Numbered from the stretch's first letter, positions 1 to 12,441 are shown. The stretch is 64,000 nucleotides of DNA from Eledone cirrhosa (GCA_964016885.1 OZ024742.1:46376001-46440000), one strand, 5' to 3'. Translations and numbers: made by a program. Notes: generated by a model not told the origin, from the sequence alone.

Positions 1-195
1 CACGCCCTCGATTCGTCAAGGGCTCATCTTTCAACCTTTTTAAATATACAGGCTCTCAATTCCTTACTGCGGAAACGGGAGGTATTTAGGTGTGTCCTAC
101 TCAAACTAGAACACTGGAGGACGTGTCGGTATATATAGACGACGCCACCGTAATGGTGTCAACATCAGGGAAATCGAAGTGATCGGCACCATCTA
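1..195 (+). pseudogene. Highly decayed RT fragment of a Tx1/L1-like ORF2
   Basis: gtgtcggtatatatagacgacgccaccgtaatggtgtcaaca (VSVYIDDATVMVST) aligns by eye with the VSAYADDVTVMVST motif of the intact copies; the upstream attcgtcaaggg matches IRQG. Confidence 0.7.
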
Positions 196-796
196 AAGCA
201 TAGGTTTCCAAAGTGGGCGCTACTGCCTCCGGGGGCATTGTATGGTCAAGAGGAGCATTGGGGCCTAAGGGGGTGCTGGGGTGAGTGGGTTGACGGTTGA
301 TATGATATAATAGTATATTAAATATCAAATGATACATATTATATATAAATATAGTAAAATAAAAAATGTATAATATTTATTTATACATAATATATATTAT
401 ATTATTTATTATATACCATTTACAATTTGCATGTAGGTAGATGTCTCTGGAAATAGGGGTGGGGAGCGCTGGGGGTATTACGCGGCCGTGATGTGATAGT
501 AGCAAAAATGAATCCGGACAGTGGATTGGTTTGAAGCTCAGTAACTGAAGTTGATTTAATCGGCAATAGCTTTATTCCATAAAGAATGTAATTTTAATCA
601 AGAGAAGACACCAAGTTTATTAATTTTTTATGTTCAAATTCCGAAAAACAAAAAACAAAAAAAAACAAAAAACTGAATAGCAGTAAAAAGATATATGCTA
701 GGAATATAATCGATTAACTATTTCTTCAAAATATATAGCTGGAAAACATCATAATTGTTAAATTCATATGTCTCAAAACGGATTTTTAAGAATTCC

Positions 797-797
<1 letters not shown>

Positions 798-872
<75 letters not shown>

Positions 873-885
873 ATATCTATCTATC
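798..885 (+). repeat. (TATC)n microsatellite, 5' anchor of array 1
   Basis: Direct reading. Confidence 0.97.
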
Positions 886-1300
886 TTAATACAACTCACC
901 CCCTTCTTTAAGTAAAACTTCAGAAGTAAGGCGAGAGTAGAGAGAGAGAGGTGCTGCACCTCACTAAATTCACTGTAAGGCTGGTGAATGTGATGAAAAT
1001 GGTCCGAGTGAATGGGCCTTCTCTGTGTATAAACCTGTAGGTTGAAGAAAACAAAAGAGGTAAGACGGGAACACCTACAATACGTGCTCTTGGTGTTGTG
1101 GGTTGTTCTAACTACGTGATGTAAAACAACCCCGCAGTAACGTTCCTCACTATTAGGTATTTCAATTCTTATTTTATTTTAATATGTAGTTTATTTTAAT
1201 TTATTAATGTTAAAGTTTGTACAACTTTTATGTAAAACCCCCGCCGTCACGTCTTGTAACGTCTCATTTCTTGTGCGCCCTTGAAGCAAATAAAGAAACA
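886..1300 (+). mobile_element. Copy F0a: very short 5'-truncated Tx1-like LINE (end of ORF2 plus 3' UTR, divergent subfamily)
   Basis: gagagagaggtgctgcacc...gtgaatgggccttctctgtgtataaacctgTAG (1040) matches the ORF2 C-terminus; ends AATAAAGAAACA, then TATC. Confidence 0.85.
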
Positions 1301-1318
1301 TATCTATCTATCTATCTA

Positions 1319-3302
1319 CGAATTTTACGTAGCAATGCCGGACTTGTTCTCCGGTCTCCTGGAAGCGGTCTACTACAACTGGCAGCAGAACGGGAGAATT
1401 CCCAGTTCTGTTACCAGGGGCGTAATAACACTAGTCAGGAAGGCGGCAGGCTTCGGACCCGTGTTCAGGGGCTGGATTGCTGCAATGCGCAACAGCAACA
1501 TCTGCTCAAGAGTCAAAGTGAACGGCTACCTCTCGGAGCCGTTCCATATCACGCGATCCATTCGACAGGGGTGCCTTCTCTCCTCCCTTCTCTACGCACT
1601 GACTCTCGAGCCTCTACTACGGAAGTTGGAGATATTGCAGGGCATCCCTCTGGAACCGGGACTGCAGAAAGCGGCGTCGGCCTACGCCGACGACGTGACA
1701 GTAATGGTGTCGTGCACCTCGCAAATAGAAGAAGTCGGCACCTTACTGAAGGAATATGAAAGGTTCACAGGAGCGAAGCTGAACCGGGACAAGTCCATCG
1801 GTTTGCAACTCGGATCGTGGAGAGGCAAACCGATGCCTTCCGATGGCGTCGTCGGACGCTGGACGGAAGGACCGGTAAAGCTACTCGGGGTCTGGTTTGG
1901 TCCGGACCTCCAGGTGGAGAAGAACTGGAACGAGGTGACGGCCAAGGTGTTTGCACTCACCCAGAAGTGGGCCGAGAGCAAACTATCCTTGAAAGGTCGA
2001 GCGGAGGTGGCGAACACTTTTATAGCGTCCGTCATCTACTACCGCTTGACCATCGTGCCTTGTCCAGCCAAAACGCTCACCAAAATGAAGCGTGCGCTCT
2101 TCCAATTCCTTTGGAAGAAACGGGCTCCTTTGGTAAGAAAATCCATCTGCTGCCAACACCCTTCAAACGGAGGGCTGGGAATGCCGTGGCTGAAGATGCG
2201 CAAACACGCGCTCAGGCTGCGGCACCTCCACGTATTCTTCACCAGACAACCGGTGTCTGAGGCAACCCGTTCGTGAGGCGAGCCTTCCCACGACTCGTCT
2301 CACTGACGGAGCTGCAGTCCTGGGTCAAGCAAAGACCGAGGAAAATGGGCGACTTGCACATCGAATGTGCTCAGGCGCTCGCAGTCCTCTGGCAAACGGA
2401 CCCGGCGATCAGTGGAGAGTCCACTTCGACATTCTATAGAGGGTCGGTCCGCAGCAAGTGCGACGACACGCTCGGAGAAACTCTAGGCGTAGAGGAGGAC
2501 GAATTGGCCAGTCTGTTCGGTAGGACCTTCCGCCCGGGACCAATGGACAACTTCCAAAAGTCCCTGGCCTGGCAGTGCCACCGAGGAGCTCTACCAGTTC
2601 AAGACAAGCTCTACAAACACGGGCGCCCGGATAGGGATCCTTCGAAAAAGATCTGTCCGAGATGCGTGCGCGACGAGGAAACCGTCTCGCACGCATTTGT
2701 ACAATGCCCGGGCGTTACCGACCTGTGGGGCTATGTAGAACGACTATTGTCGCGGGTGGGACCAATACAGTTGACCACCGAGTCCATTGTCATGATCAAA
2801 CCGCCACCCTCCTTCAAAAACGAGGGAGAGGCGGTTTTCCTATGTGTTATGGCTATGGTGAAAGAGGTTATATGGTGTACGAGGTTAAAAGGGCTGAGGT
2901 CAGACACCTTTCTCTCCGGCGAGCAACTGATTCGTTTTCTCAAATATCATTTTGGAAGAAGAATTAGGATGGAGAGAGAGGTGCTGTACCCCAGCAAATT
3001 TTATAAAAGGTGGGTGAATGTGGCAAAGATGGCCCGAGTGGTTGGGCCTTCTCTCTATATAAGCCTGTAGGTTGAGAAAAAGAGGAAGAGAGGAACGGAG
3101 TACTCACTCTTGGTACTCCTGGAGATGAGGGGTTGTACATGTTTTCGGGGCATGTACAACCACTGTGTAACACCTCCTCCTATTGGGGATATCAATTGTT
3201 ATTTGTTATTTTATTAATAGTTTTATTTTCATATACCTGTATGTAAACTCCCCATTTGTATTTGTCCCCTTCTTTTGTGCCCTTGAGGCTAATAAAGAAA
3301 TT
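1319..3302 (+). mobile_element. Copy A: 5'-truncated Tx1-like LINE (RT plus CCHC, internal deletion at ~1441, frameshift at ~2255)
   Basis: ORFs 1281-2276 and 2273-3070 carry RQG, YADD and CPRC..EET..H..C motifs; TATC on both sides; same subfamily as copy E. Confidence 0.93.
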
Positions 3303-3308
3303 TATCTC

Positions 3309-3372
<64 letters not shown>

Positions 3373-3373
3373 A

Positions 3374-6300
3374 CGTCCCGTTCCCTGCTTTTAGTGGGGG
3401 ATTGGAATGGTATCCTGGATGCACATTGGGACTATGCAGGGGCATGTCCCGATAGAGAGGGGTGCAACAGCCTCAAGGGGTTACTCGGCCGATTTGACCT
3501 GGCCGATAGATTTCGACTAGATTTTCCGACGGTGCCAACCTGGTCTTGGTCAAACCGCAGCGGATCATCTAGGTCGTACCTAGATAAATTTTTAGTTAGA
3601 AATAAGGACAGGGACTTTTTAAGTTGTCCAGAAATGCTCATGGTTGGCTATTCAGACCACAAGTTGGTGACCTGCATGGTCAACCTTGATAGAACGCATA
3701 GACAGGGCCCCGGTTACTGGAAGCTCAACTTGTCCTTGCCGACAAGTAGAGCCTACAGAGATCGGATTAGTACGTTAGTTAAGGAACGATTGACTGGAGC
3801 GATCGTCAACAGCAGGTGGTGGGTATCTCTAAAGAGAGAGATTAGAGTAGTCTCGATAGAATTTAGTAAGGTTCTAGCTGCGGATAGGAATAGGAAGGAA
3901 AGGGAGCTAATAGATAGAGTAGAAGAGGCAATTAGAAGCGGCGACGTGGCCAGAGTGCTAGCGTCGAGAACGGCTTTGAGCCAGTTTTTCGACGCGAAGC
4001 ACGAAGGCTGCGTTGTCCGAAGTAAAATACGTGCTCTAGGGAACGAGGGGACCAAAGCTGTTAGCTGGGCCCGCGTGACAGAGGCCAACAGTGGAACTAA
4101 ATCCACTATCCGGTCTTTGCGAGACCTGGATGGACGGGCGATTCTTGAGCCTAGGCAGATATGTGAGGCCTTTCAAAGGCACTTTGCCCGACTGTTCGGG
4201 AGGGGCGGGGAGCCGGTTGGGAATGTGGACTTCGGTCCATACCGCGACGGCCTGCCGCGTCTCTCGGACAGGGAGGCGAAGTCCTGCGAGGAGCCGATTT
4301 CGGCCGCTGAGATAGAGGACGTTCTGGGCCAATGCGGCAAACGCAAATCCCCGGGTCTCGATGGTCTTCCTTACGAATTATATCTAGCTATGCCGGACTT
4401 GTTCCCCGAGCTCCTCGAGGCGGTCTACTGCAACTGGCGACAGAACGGGAGAATTCCTTGTACTGTGACCAAGGGCGTAGTCACGCTAGTGAGGAAGGAC
4501 GAGAACAAGGGGGACGAAATAAGTAACTTCAGGCCCATAACTCTGCTAAATACAGAGTTACAGATTTTGGCCAAGGTGCTAGCAAAGAGGTTTGCGCTTG
4601 TCGTGGGCAACCTGGTGGGAGATGCGCAGACATACGCTATCCCGTCCAGGTCCATCCATGACAACCTCCACCTCATGCGATACATCATAGAGAGGGTTGG
4701 GAACGAACCCGGCTTTGGTGGGGCTATGATCAACTTGGATCAATCTAAGGCGTTCGATAGGGTCGACCATGGTTATCTGGATGCGGTGCTAGCGGCGGCA
4801 GGCTTCGGACCCGTTTTCAGGGGCTGGATCACTGCTATGCATAGCAGCCGCATCTGCTCTAGGGTCAAGGTGAACGGCTACCTCTCGGAGCCGTTCAAAA
4901 TCGCGCGGTCCATCCGACAAGGGTGCCCTCTCTCCTCCTTTCTGTATGTGTTGACTCTCGAGCCACTACTGCGAAAGTTGGAGTTGTTGCAGGGCATCCC
5001 TTTGGAACCGGGATTGCGGAAAGCGGTGTCGGCCTACGCCGATGACGTGACAGTAATGGTGTCGACGGCCTCCGAAATCGAGGCGGTCGGCACCTTACTG
5101 GAGGAGTACGAAAAGTTCACAGGGGCTAAGCTGAACCGGGACAAGTCGATCGGTTTGCAACTCGGCACGTGGAGGGGCAGACCGATGCCCTCCGATAGCG
5201 TCGTCGGACGCTGGACGGAGGGCCCGGTGAAGTTGCTCGGGGTCTGGTTCGGACCGGACCTCCAGGTGGAGAAAAACTGGGCGGAGGTTACGAACAGGGT
5301 GTTTGCACTGACCCAGAAGTGGGCCAGTTGCAAACTATCCCTGAAAGGTCGGGCGGAGGTGGCGAACACCTACATAGCGTCCGTCATCTACTACCGCCTG
5401 ACCGTAGTGCCCTGCCCAAGGGAAACCCTCACCAAGATGGAGCGCGCGCTCTTCCAATTCCTTTGGAAGAGGCGGGCTCCTATGGTGAGGAGATCCATCT
5501 GCTGTCAACACCCTTCGAAAGGAGGGCTGGGGATGCCGTGGCTAATGATGCGTAAACACGCATTAAGGCTACGGCACCTCTACGTATTCCTCACCGGACA
5601 ACCGGTGTGGGCCTCGTTTGTGAGACGAACCTTTCCCAGACTCGTCTCACTCACCGAGCTGCAATCCTGGGTCAAGCAAAGACCGAGAAAACTGGGCGCC
5701 TGGCACACTGAGTGTGCCCAGGCGCTCAACGCCCTCTGGCAGGCGGATCCGGTTATCAGTGGAGACTCCACCGCAACATTCTATAGAGGGCAGGTACGCA
5801 GCAGGTGCGACTACGCCCTCGGAGAAGCCCTAGACATGGAGGAGGACGAACTGGCCAGCCTGTTCGGTAGGACATTCAGCCCAGGACCTATGGACAACTT
5901 CCAGAAGTCCCTGGCCTGGCAGTGCTACCGAGGGGCTCTACCCGTTCGAGAAAAGGTCTACAGACACGGGCACCCGGGTAGGGACCCCGCCAAAAAGATC
6001 TGTCCCAGATGCGTGTGCGACGAGGAAACCGTTGCACACGCATTGGTACACTGCTCGGGCGTGGCCGATCTGTGGGGCTATGTCGAACAACTGCTGTCAA
6101 GGGTGGGACCGATCCGGTTGACCACGGAGTCTATTGTAATAATCAAGCCGCCTCCCCCCTTCAAAGATGAAGGAGAGGCGGTGTTTCTGTGCGTAATAGC
6201 CATGGTGAAAGAAGTTGTATGGTGGACGCGTCTGAAAGGACTGAGGTCAGGCACCTTTCTCTCTGGCCAACAACTGGTCCGTTTCTTCCGATATCATTTC

Positions 6301-6681
6301 GGAAGACGGATCAGGATGGAGAGAGAGGTGCTCCACCCCAGTCGTTTTTATGAAAGGTGGGTGAAAGTGGCGAGAATGGCCCGTGTGAATGGGCCTTCTC
6401 TTTACATAAGCCTGTAGGTGGAAAAGAGGAAGGAACGAGGGAGCACCCCCTCTCTGTGCTCCTGAGGAAAAGGGTTGCACACTTTTTTCGGGGGTGTGTG
6501 TGACCCCCCAAGGCGCCTCCTCTCTATTGAGGATTTTGTTATAAATTTTATTTTTTGTTATATCTTATTTTATTTTTATATTTTGTTATTGCCTCCTCCT
6601 TATTGAGGACACCTTTTTGTGTAAACTCCCCCCTTTGTACTTTTCCCACTTTTGATGCCCTAGTGGCAAATAAAAGAAACA
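3374..6681 (+). mobile_element. Copy B: Tx1-like LINE truncated within the endonuclease; remaining ORF2 open to 6417
   Basis: ORF 3256-6417 (its first ~39 aa are UTR/TATC artefact) has GDWN, YLD, SDH, KSPGLDG, KAFDRV, RQGCPLS, YADD and CCHC; 23-bp TSD at 3351-3373 / 6682-6704. Confidence 0.95.
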
Positions 6682-6924
6682 TATCTATCTATCTATCTAT
6701 CTAATCTCTGGGATGGACACACGCGTATAACTTGCTGAGTAAGTTCTGTTTAATTTTCTATAGAAATTCTTGTCTGTTAACTTTAATTTTTGTACCATTT
6801 TGTAGAGGGACTGCCAGGTCAAACTTTGATCTGGTCAGTCTCTCAAAATATTCTACGCCTTTAGGCGAAATAGTTAAACCAAAAAAAAAGTTTTTTCTTG
6901 TTGAAAAGTCAATATTTTTTTTAA

Positions 6925-8714
6925 ATGGCCGAAGCCTCTTCACCAAAATTCGAAGGAGGAAAGGGGAAGATAAACTTACAGCTTCCCCCTACCACTGTCA
7001 CAGTAGCAGAGGTCAAGAAGAAAGGTCAGCCAGAGGAAGAATTCTCTCCACCTGTTTACCGACAACTTGACGTTGCCATGGCAACAACCCGAAGAACCAG
7101 CGGCACCAGCAACAGCAACAACAACAACAATGCGACGGACGAAAACAACACCAATAACAATAACAACAACAACAAGACCAATAACGGTGACAACAACAAC
7201 AATGATAACAACAACACCACCAACGACAACAACACAAACAAACAAAATTTCTCCTTCGCCGAGACGACAAGGAAAACCCTCGACTATCTGCCAGTAGATA
7301 TAACCAAAGCGAAGGAGCTACTGGCAGTTGCGAAAAAATATATAGTGTACGGAGAAAATGGTTCATTCACAATCCATTCCTCTCCGGAACTAAAAAGCCA
7401 GAGACTCCTAAACACGGTCATGTTTAGGACAATCTCGAACAAAAGTAAAAAGCCAGCTCAACCATCACAGAGTGAGATAGAGCTGGTTTTAAAAGACGTC
7501 ATGAAGGACATCACCTTCATTCAGAAGGATAGACTCTACGGGAGTCTATCCATTCTCATGAAGGACAGGGACACAGCAGTGAAACTGTCCATCAAACCAA
7601 TCACATCCACCGCATACACCTTCTACCCTACGTACATGGGTAGAAGAACACAAAAAATAAAAATCCACACCATCCTGCCGATTATGGACATATGGTGGGT
7701 TTTGACAGGTTTCCTGGACCTGGAGGATGACATGCTGGTGTCCATGGGAAAGGCATCGGGTGACGCGTTCAGTGGAACGAGCCTCGAACTTGTAGTTCAA
7801 ATGAGGCCCGAAAGGATCGCCCAGATCCCTGAACGCGTCATACTGGATGATCTATCCTTCATCAACATTACCGTTGAGGGTAGACGGCCCTCGTGTTACC
7901 ACTGCGGAACCAGAGGTCACCTGAGGGCTGTCTGTCCCCAACTTAATAAGAAAACCCCAATCCTGCCTACACCACCAACAACTGCACAACCAACACAATC
8001 ACCACAACTACCACTACAAAAACAACCACCACAGCTCAAACCAAAACAAAACAATGTCCAACCCATCCCCTCCACTCAAAAAACAAAAACAATTTCCAAA
8101 ACACTCGCACCGCAAACACAACCCGAAAATATACCCCTCCCCTCCAACGCGGAAGATGACCCTAGTTCGTCGTCAGACGAGGAGGAGCACTTCCACACAA
8201 TCAAAATAAAAAAAAGAAAACACACCTCAGACACACAAATGAAAACAACCCCTCCCCAAAACATGACACTGACACCAACACGAAAGAGCTCACAACAACA
8301 GCAAACAAAAAACACCACACAAAAACAAAAACATGCATACACATACATAAACACAAGAAACAAAAAACTGTTAAACATTGTGTACAACAACAATCTAATA
8401 AAAACACAAGGGCCTAACTTCACCCAGGCAGGGGATTTCCCCCACCTCAAAATGATTAAGGCCCCACAGGACACCTATAAAACTTTAAAAAACAATTTTA
8501 AAGAGGACGTGGGTCCCCCCTGCGTCGGGTCCATTAACCGCGTCCTCCTAAAAAACTACCCCACCCCCTCCCCAAATACCTACACAACTCCAAGCTCCCC
8601 AACCACACAACACACTGATGCCCCTACACTTCCACAAACCACCACCCCACCCAACAACCCACCCCCACCCTAATGGAAATTGTGCAGCCCGATACCCGGG
8701 ACGCAGAGAGGTAA
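6925..8714 (+). CDS. ORF1p of copy C (Asn-rich N-terminus, CCHC knuckle, P/T/Q-rich linker; small frameshifting deletion at ~8660)
   Basis: CYHCGTRGHLRAVC; the true end ...RDAER-TAA (8712-8714) is inferred by comparison with ORF 47712-48047. Confidence 0.85.
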
Positions 8715-8738
8715 GTGCCTTTTCTCTTCACCACCAAC

Positions 8739-11700
8739 ATGGCTATGCTAAGAGTAGGCTGTTTAAATGCGCGTGGCCTGGGCTCAACTTGGAAGCAAGC
8801 AATGCTTCTAAATGACCTCAGGTCACAACGTACAGATGTGATGGTTATTTGCGAGGCCCGGATCAGCAACGTGCGACAGCTGGCCCCCACCTTTGATGAC
8901 TTTGAGATGCACGCATCTCTCTGTCAGCCCGGAGGTGGGGGGTGGAGTTGTCGTTCTGCTGCAAAAACATCTGGGTCTCGCAACACAGATGGTACATTTG
9001 GACCCGGAGGGTCGACTAGTGGTTCTGGACCTTGGCAGTGGTAAAGGCGGAGCGTTTAGGTTGGTAGCCGCCTACGGCCCTTTCGGGTCAATGCGGCCGG
9101 ACTTCTTCCATCGTCTGGAGACTTTTCTAGGGACGTCCCGCTCCTTGCTATTAGTAGGGGACTGGAATGGTATCCTAGATGCACGCTGGGACTACGTAGG
9201 GGCTTGCCCCGATAGAGAGGGGTGTAATAGCCTCAAAGGGTTAATCGGTCGATTTGACCTGGCCGATAGATATCGACTAGATTTTCCGACTGCGCCAACC
9301 TGGACTTGGGCAAATCGTAGCGGATCATCTAGGTCGTACCTAGATAGGTTCTTAGTTAGAATTAAGGATAAGGACTTTTTAAGTTGTCCAAAAATGCGCA
9401 TGGTTGGCTATTCAGACCACAAATTAGTGACCTGCATGGTCAACCTTGACAGAACTCATAGACAGGGACCCGGTTACTGGAAGCTCAACTTGTCCTTACC
9501 GGCAAGTAAGGCTTACAGGAACCGGATTAGCACTTTAGTTAAGGAGCGGTTGACGGGCGCCATCGTCAACAGCAGGTGGTGGGGATCTCTCAAAAGAGAG
9601 ATTAGAGTAGTCTCTATAGAATTTAGTAAGGAGTTAGCCTCAAATAGAAATAGGAAGGAAAGGGAGTTGGTAGATAGTGTAGAAGAGGCAATTAGAAGCG
9701 GCGACGTGGCCAGAGTGCTAGCGTCGAGAACGGCCCTGGGCCAGTTCTTCGACGCGAAACACGAAGGCTGCATCGTCCGAAGCAAAATACGTGCTCTGGG
9801 AAACGAGGGGACCAAAGCTGTTAGCTGGGCCCGCGTGACAGAAACCAAAAGAGGGTGCAGATCCACTATCCGGTCTTTGCGAGACCAGGATGGACGGGTG
9901 ATCCTTGAACCTAAGCAGATGTGCGAGGCTTTTCAAAAGCACTTTGCCGGATTGTTCGGAAGGGGCGGGGGGCCGGTTGGGGACGTGGACATCGGTCCAT
10001 ACCTCGACGGCCTGCCGCGTCTCTCGGACAGGGAGGCGAAGTCCTGCGAGGAGCCGATTTCAGCCGCTGAGATAGAGGACGTGCTGAGCCAATGCGGCAA
10101 ACGCAAATCTCCGGGTCTCGATGGTCTTCCATACGAACTATATCTAGCTATGCCGGACTTGTTCCCCGAACTCCTCGAGGCGGTCTACTGCAACTGGCAA
10201 CAGAACGGGAGAATTCCCTGTGCTGTGACCAAGGGCGTAGTCACGCTAGTGAGGAAGGACGAGAACAAGGGGGACGATATAAATAATTTCAGGCCCATAA
10301 CTCTGCTAAATACAGAGTTACAGATTTTGGCCAAGGTGCTAGCAAAGAGGTTGGCGCTTGTCGTGGGCAACCTGGTGGGAGATGCGCAGACATGTGCTAT
10401 CCCGTCCAGGTCCATCCACGATAACCTCCACCTCATGCGATACATCATAGAGAGGGTTGGGAACGAACCCGGCTTTGGTGGGGCCCTGATCAACTTGGAT
10501 CAATCTAAGGCATTCGATAGGGTCGACCATGGTTACCTGGATGCGGTGCTAGCGGCGGCAGGCTTCGGACCCGTTTTCAGGGGCTGGATCAATGCCTTGC
10601 ACAGCAGCCGCATCTGCACTAGGGTCAAGGTGAACGGCTACCTCTCGGAGCCGTTCGAAATCGCGCGGTCCATCCGACAGGGGTGCCCTCTCTCCTCCCT
10701 TCTGTATGTAATGACTCTAGAGCCACTGCTGCGGAAGTTGGAGTTGTTGCAGGGCATCTCGTTGGAACCGGGATTGCGGAAAGCGGTGTCGGCCTACGCC
10801 GATGACGTAACAGTAATGGTGTCGACGGCCTCGGAAATCAGGGCGATCGGCACCTTACTGTAGGAGTACGAAAGGTTTACAGGGGCTAAGCTGAACCGGG
10901 ACAAGTCGATCGGTCTGCAACTCGGCACGTGGAGGGGCAGATCGATGCCCTCCGATGGCGTCGTCGGGCGCTGGACGGAGGGCCCGGTGAAGTTGCTCGG
11001 GGTCTGGTTCGGACCAGACCTCCAGGTGGAGAAGAACTGGGGTGAGGTGACGAACAGGGTGTTTGCACTGACCCAGAAGTGGGCCGAGTGCAAACTGTCC
11101 CTGAAAGGACGGGCGGAGGTGGCGAACACTTATATAGCGTCCGTCATCTACTACCGCCTGACCGTTGTGCCTTGCCCAAGAGAAACGCTCGCCAAAATGG
11201 AGCGCGCACTCTTCCAATTCCTTTGGAAGAAGCGGGCTCCTATGGTGAGGAGATCCATCTGCTGTCAACACCCTTCGAAAGGAGGGCTGGGGATGCCGTG
11301 GCTAATGATACGTAAACACGCATTAAGGCTACGGCACCTTCAGGTATTCCTCTCCGGTCAACCGGTGTGGGCCCCGTTTGTGAGGCGAGCCTTTCCCAGA
11401 CTCGTCTCACTCACCGAGCTGCAATCCTGGGTCAAGCAAAGACCGAGAAAACTGGGCGCCTGGCACACTGAGTGTGCCCAGGCACTCACGGCTCTCTGGC
11501 AGGCGGACCCGGCTGTCAGTGGAGAATCCACCTCGTCATTCTATAGAGGGCTGGTGGTTAGCAGGTGCGACGATGCCCTCGGAGAAGCCCTAGGCATGGA
11601 GGAAGACGAACTGGCCAACCTGTTCGGTAGGACATTCAGCCCGTGACCCATGGATAACTTCCAGAGGTCCCTGGCCTGGCAATGCTACAGAAGGGCTCTG

Positions 11701-12177
11701 CCCGTTCGAGAAAGGCTCTACAGACACGGGCGCCCGGGTAGGGACCCATCGAAAAAGATCTGTCCCAGATGCGTGTGCGACGAGGAAACCGTTGCACACG
11801 CATTGGTACACTGCTCGGGCATTGCCGATCTGTGGGGTTATGTCGAACAACTGCTGTCAAGGGTGGGACCAATCCGGTTGACCACCGAGTCTATTGTAAC
11901 GATCAAGCCGCCTCCCCTCTTCAAAAACGAAGGAGAGGCGGTGTTTCTGTGCGTAATAGCCATGGCGAAAGAGGTTGTATGGTGGACGCGTCTGAAAGGA
12001 CTGAGGTCAGACACCTTTCTCTCTGGCCAACAACTGGTCCGTTTCTTCCGATATCATTTCGGAAGAAGGATCAGGATGGAGAGAGAGGTGCTGCACCCCA
12101 GCCGTTTCTATGAAAGATGGGTGAAAGTGGCGAGAATGGCCAGTGTGAATGGGCCTTCACTCTACATCAGACTATAG
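8739..12177 (+). pseudogene. ORF2 (APE-RT-CCHC) of copy C, disrupted
   Basis: Extra G in the run at ~8935-8942; in-frame stops at 10861 (TAG) and 11644 (TGA). Confidence 0.92.
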
Positions 12178-12441
12178 GTGAGGAAGATGAAAGACCAAGG
12201 GAGCACCCCTTCTCTGTGCTCCTGAGGAGAAGGGTTGCACACTTTTTTCGGGGGTGTGTGCGACCCCCCAAGGCGCCTCCTCTCTATTGAGGACTTTGTT
12301 ATAAATTTTATTTTTTGTTATATTTTATTTTATTTTTATATATTGTTATTGCCTCCTCCTTATTGAGGACGCCTTGTTTTGTAAACTCCCCCCATTGTAC
12401 TTGTCCCACTTTTGATGCCCTGGTGGCAAATAAAAGAAACA

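Larger units (their letters stand above)
6703..12441 (+). mobile_element. Copy C: full-length (~5.7 kb) Tx1-like LINE, defective
   Basis: 5' UTR, ORF1, ORF2 and a 3' UTR with AATAAA; flanked by TATC at 6682-6702 and 12442-12565. Confidence 0.95.

Noticed and set aside
3256-3373. Apparent N-terminal extension of ORF2 in copy B (and at 1281-1318)
   Set aside because: Read-through of the upstream 3' UTR and stop-free TATC frame; the copies are simply 5'-truncated.
5034-5369. Recurrent antisense ORFs (MFATSARPF..., MDLVPLL...) in most copies
   Set aside because: Shadows of the conserved GC-rich ORF2 with non-ATG starts; no independent coding signal.
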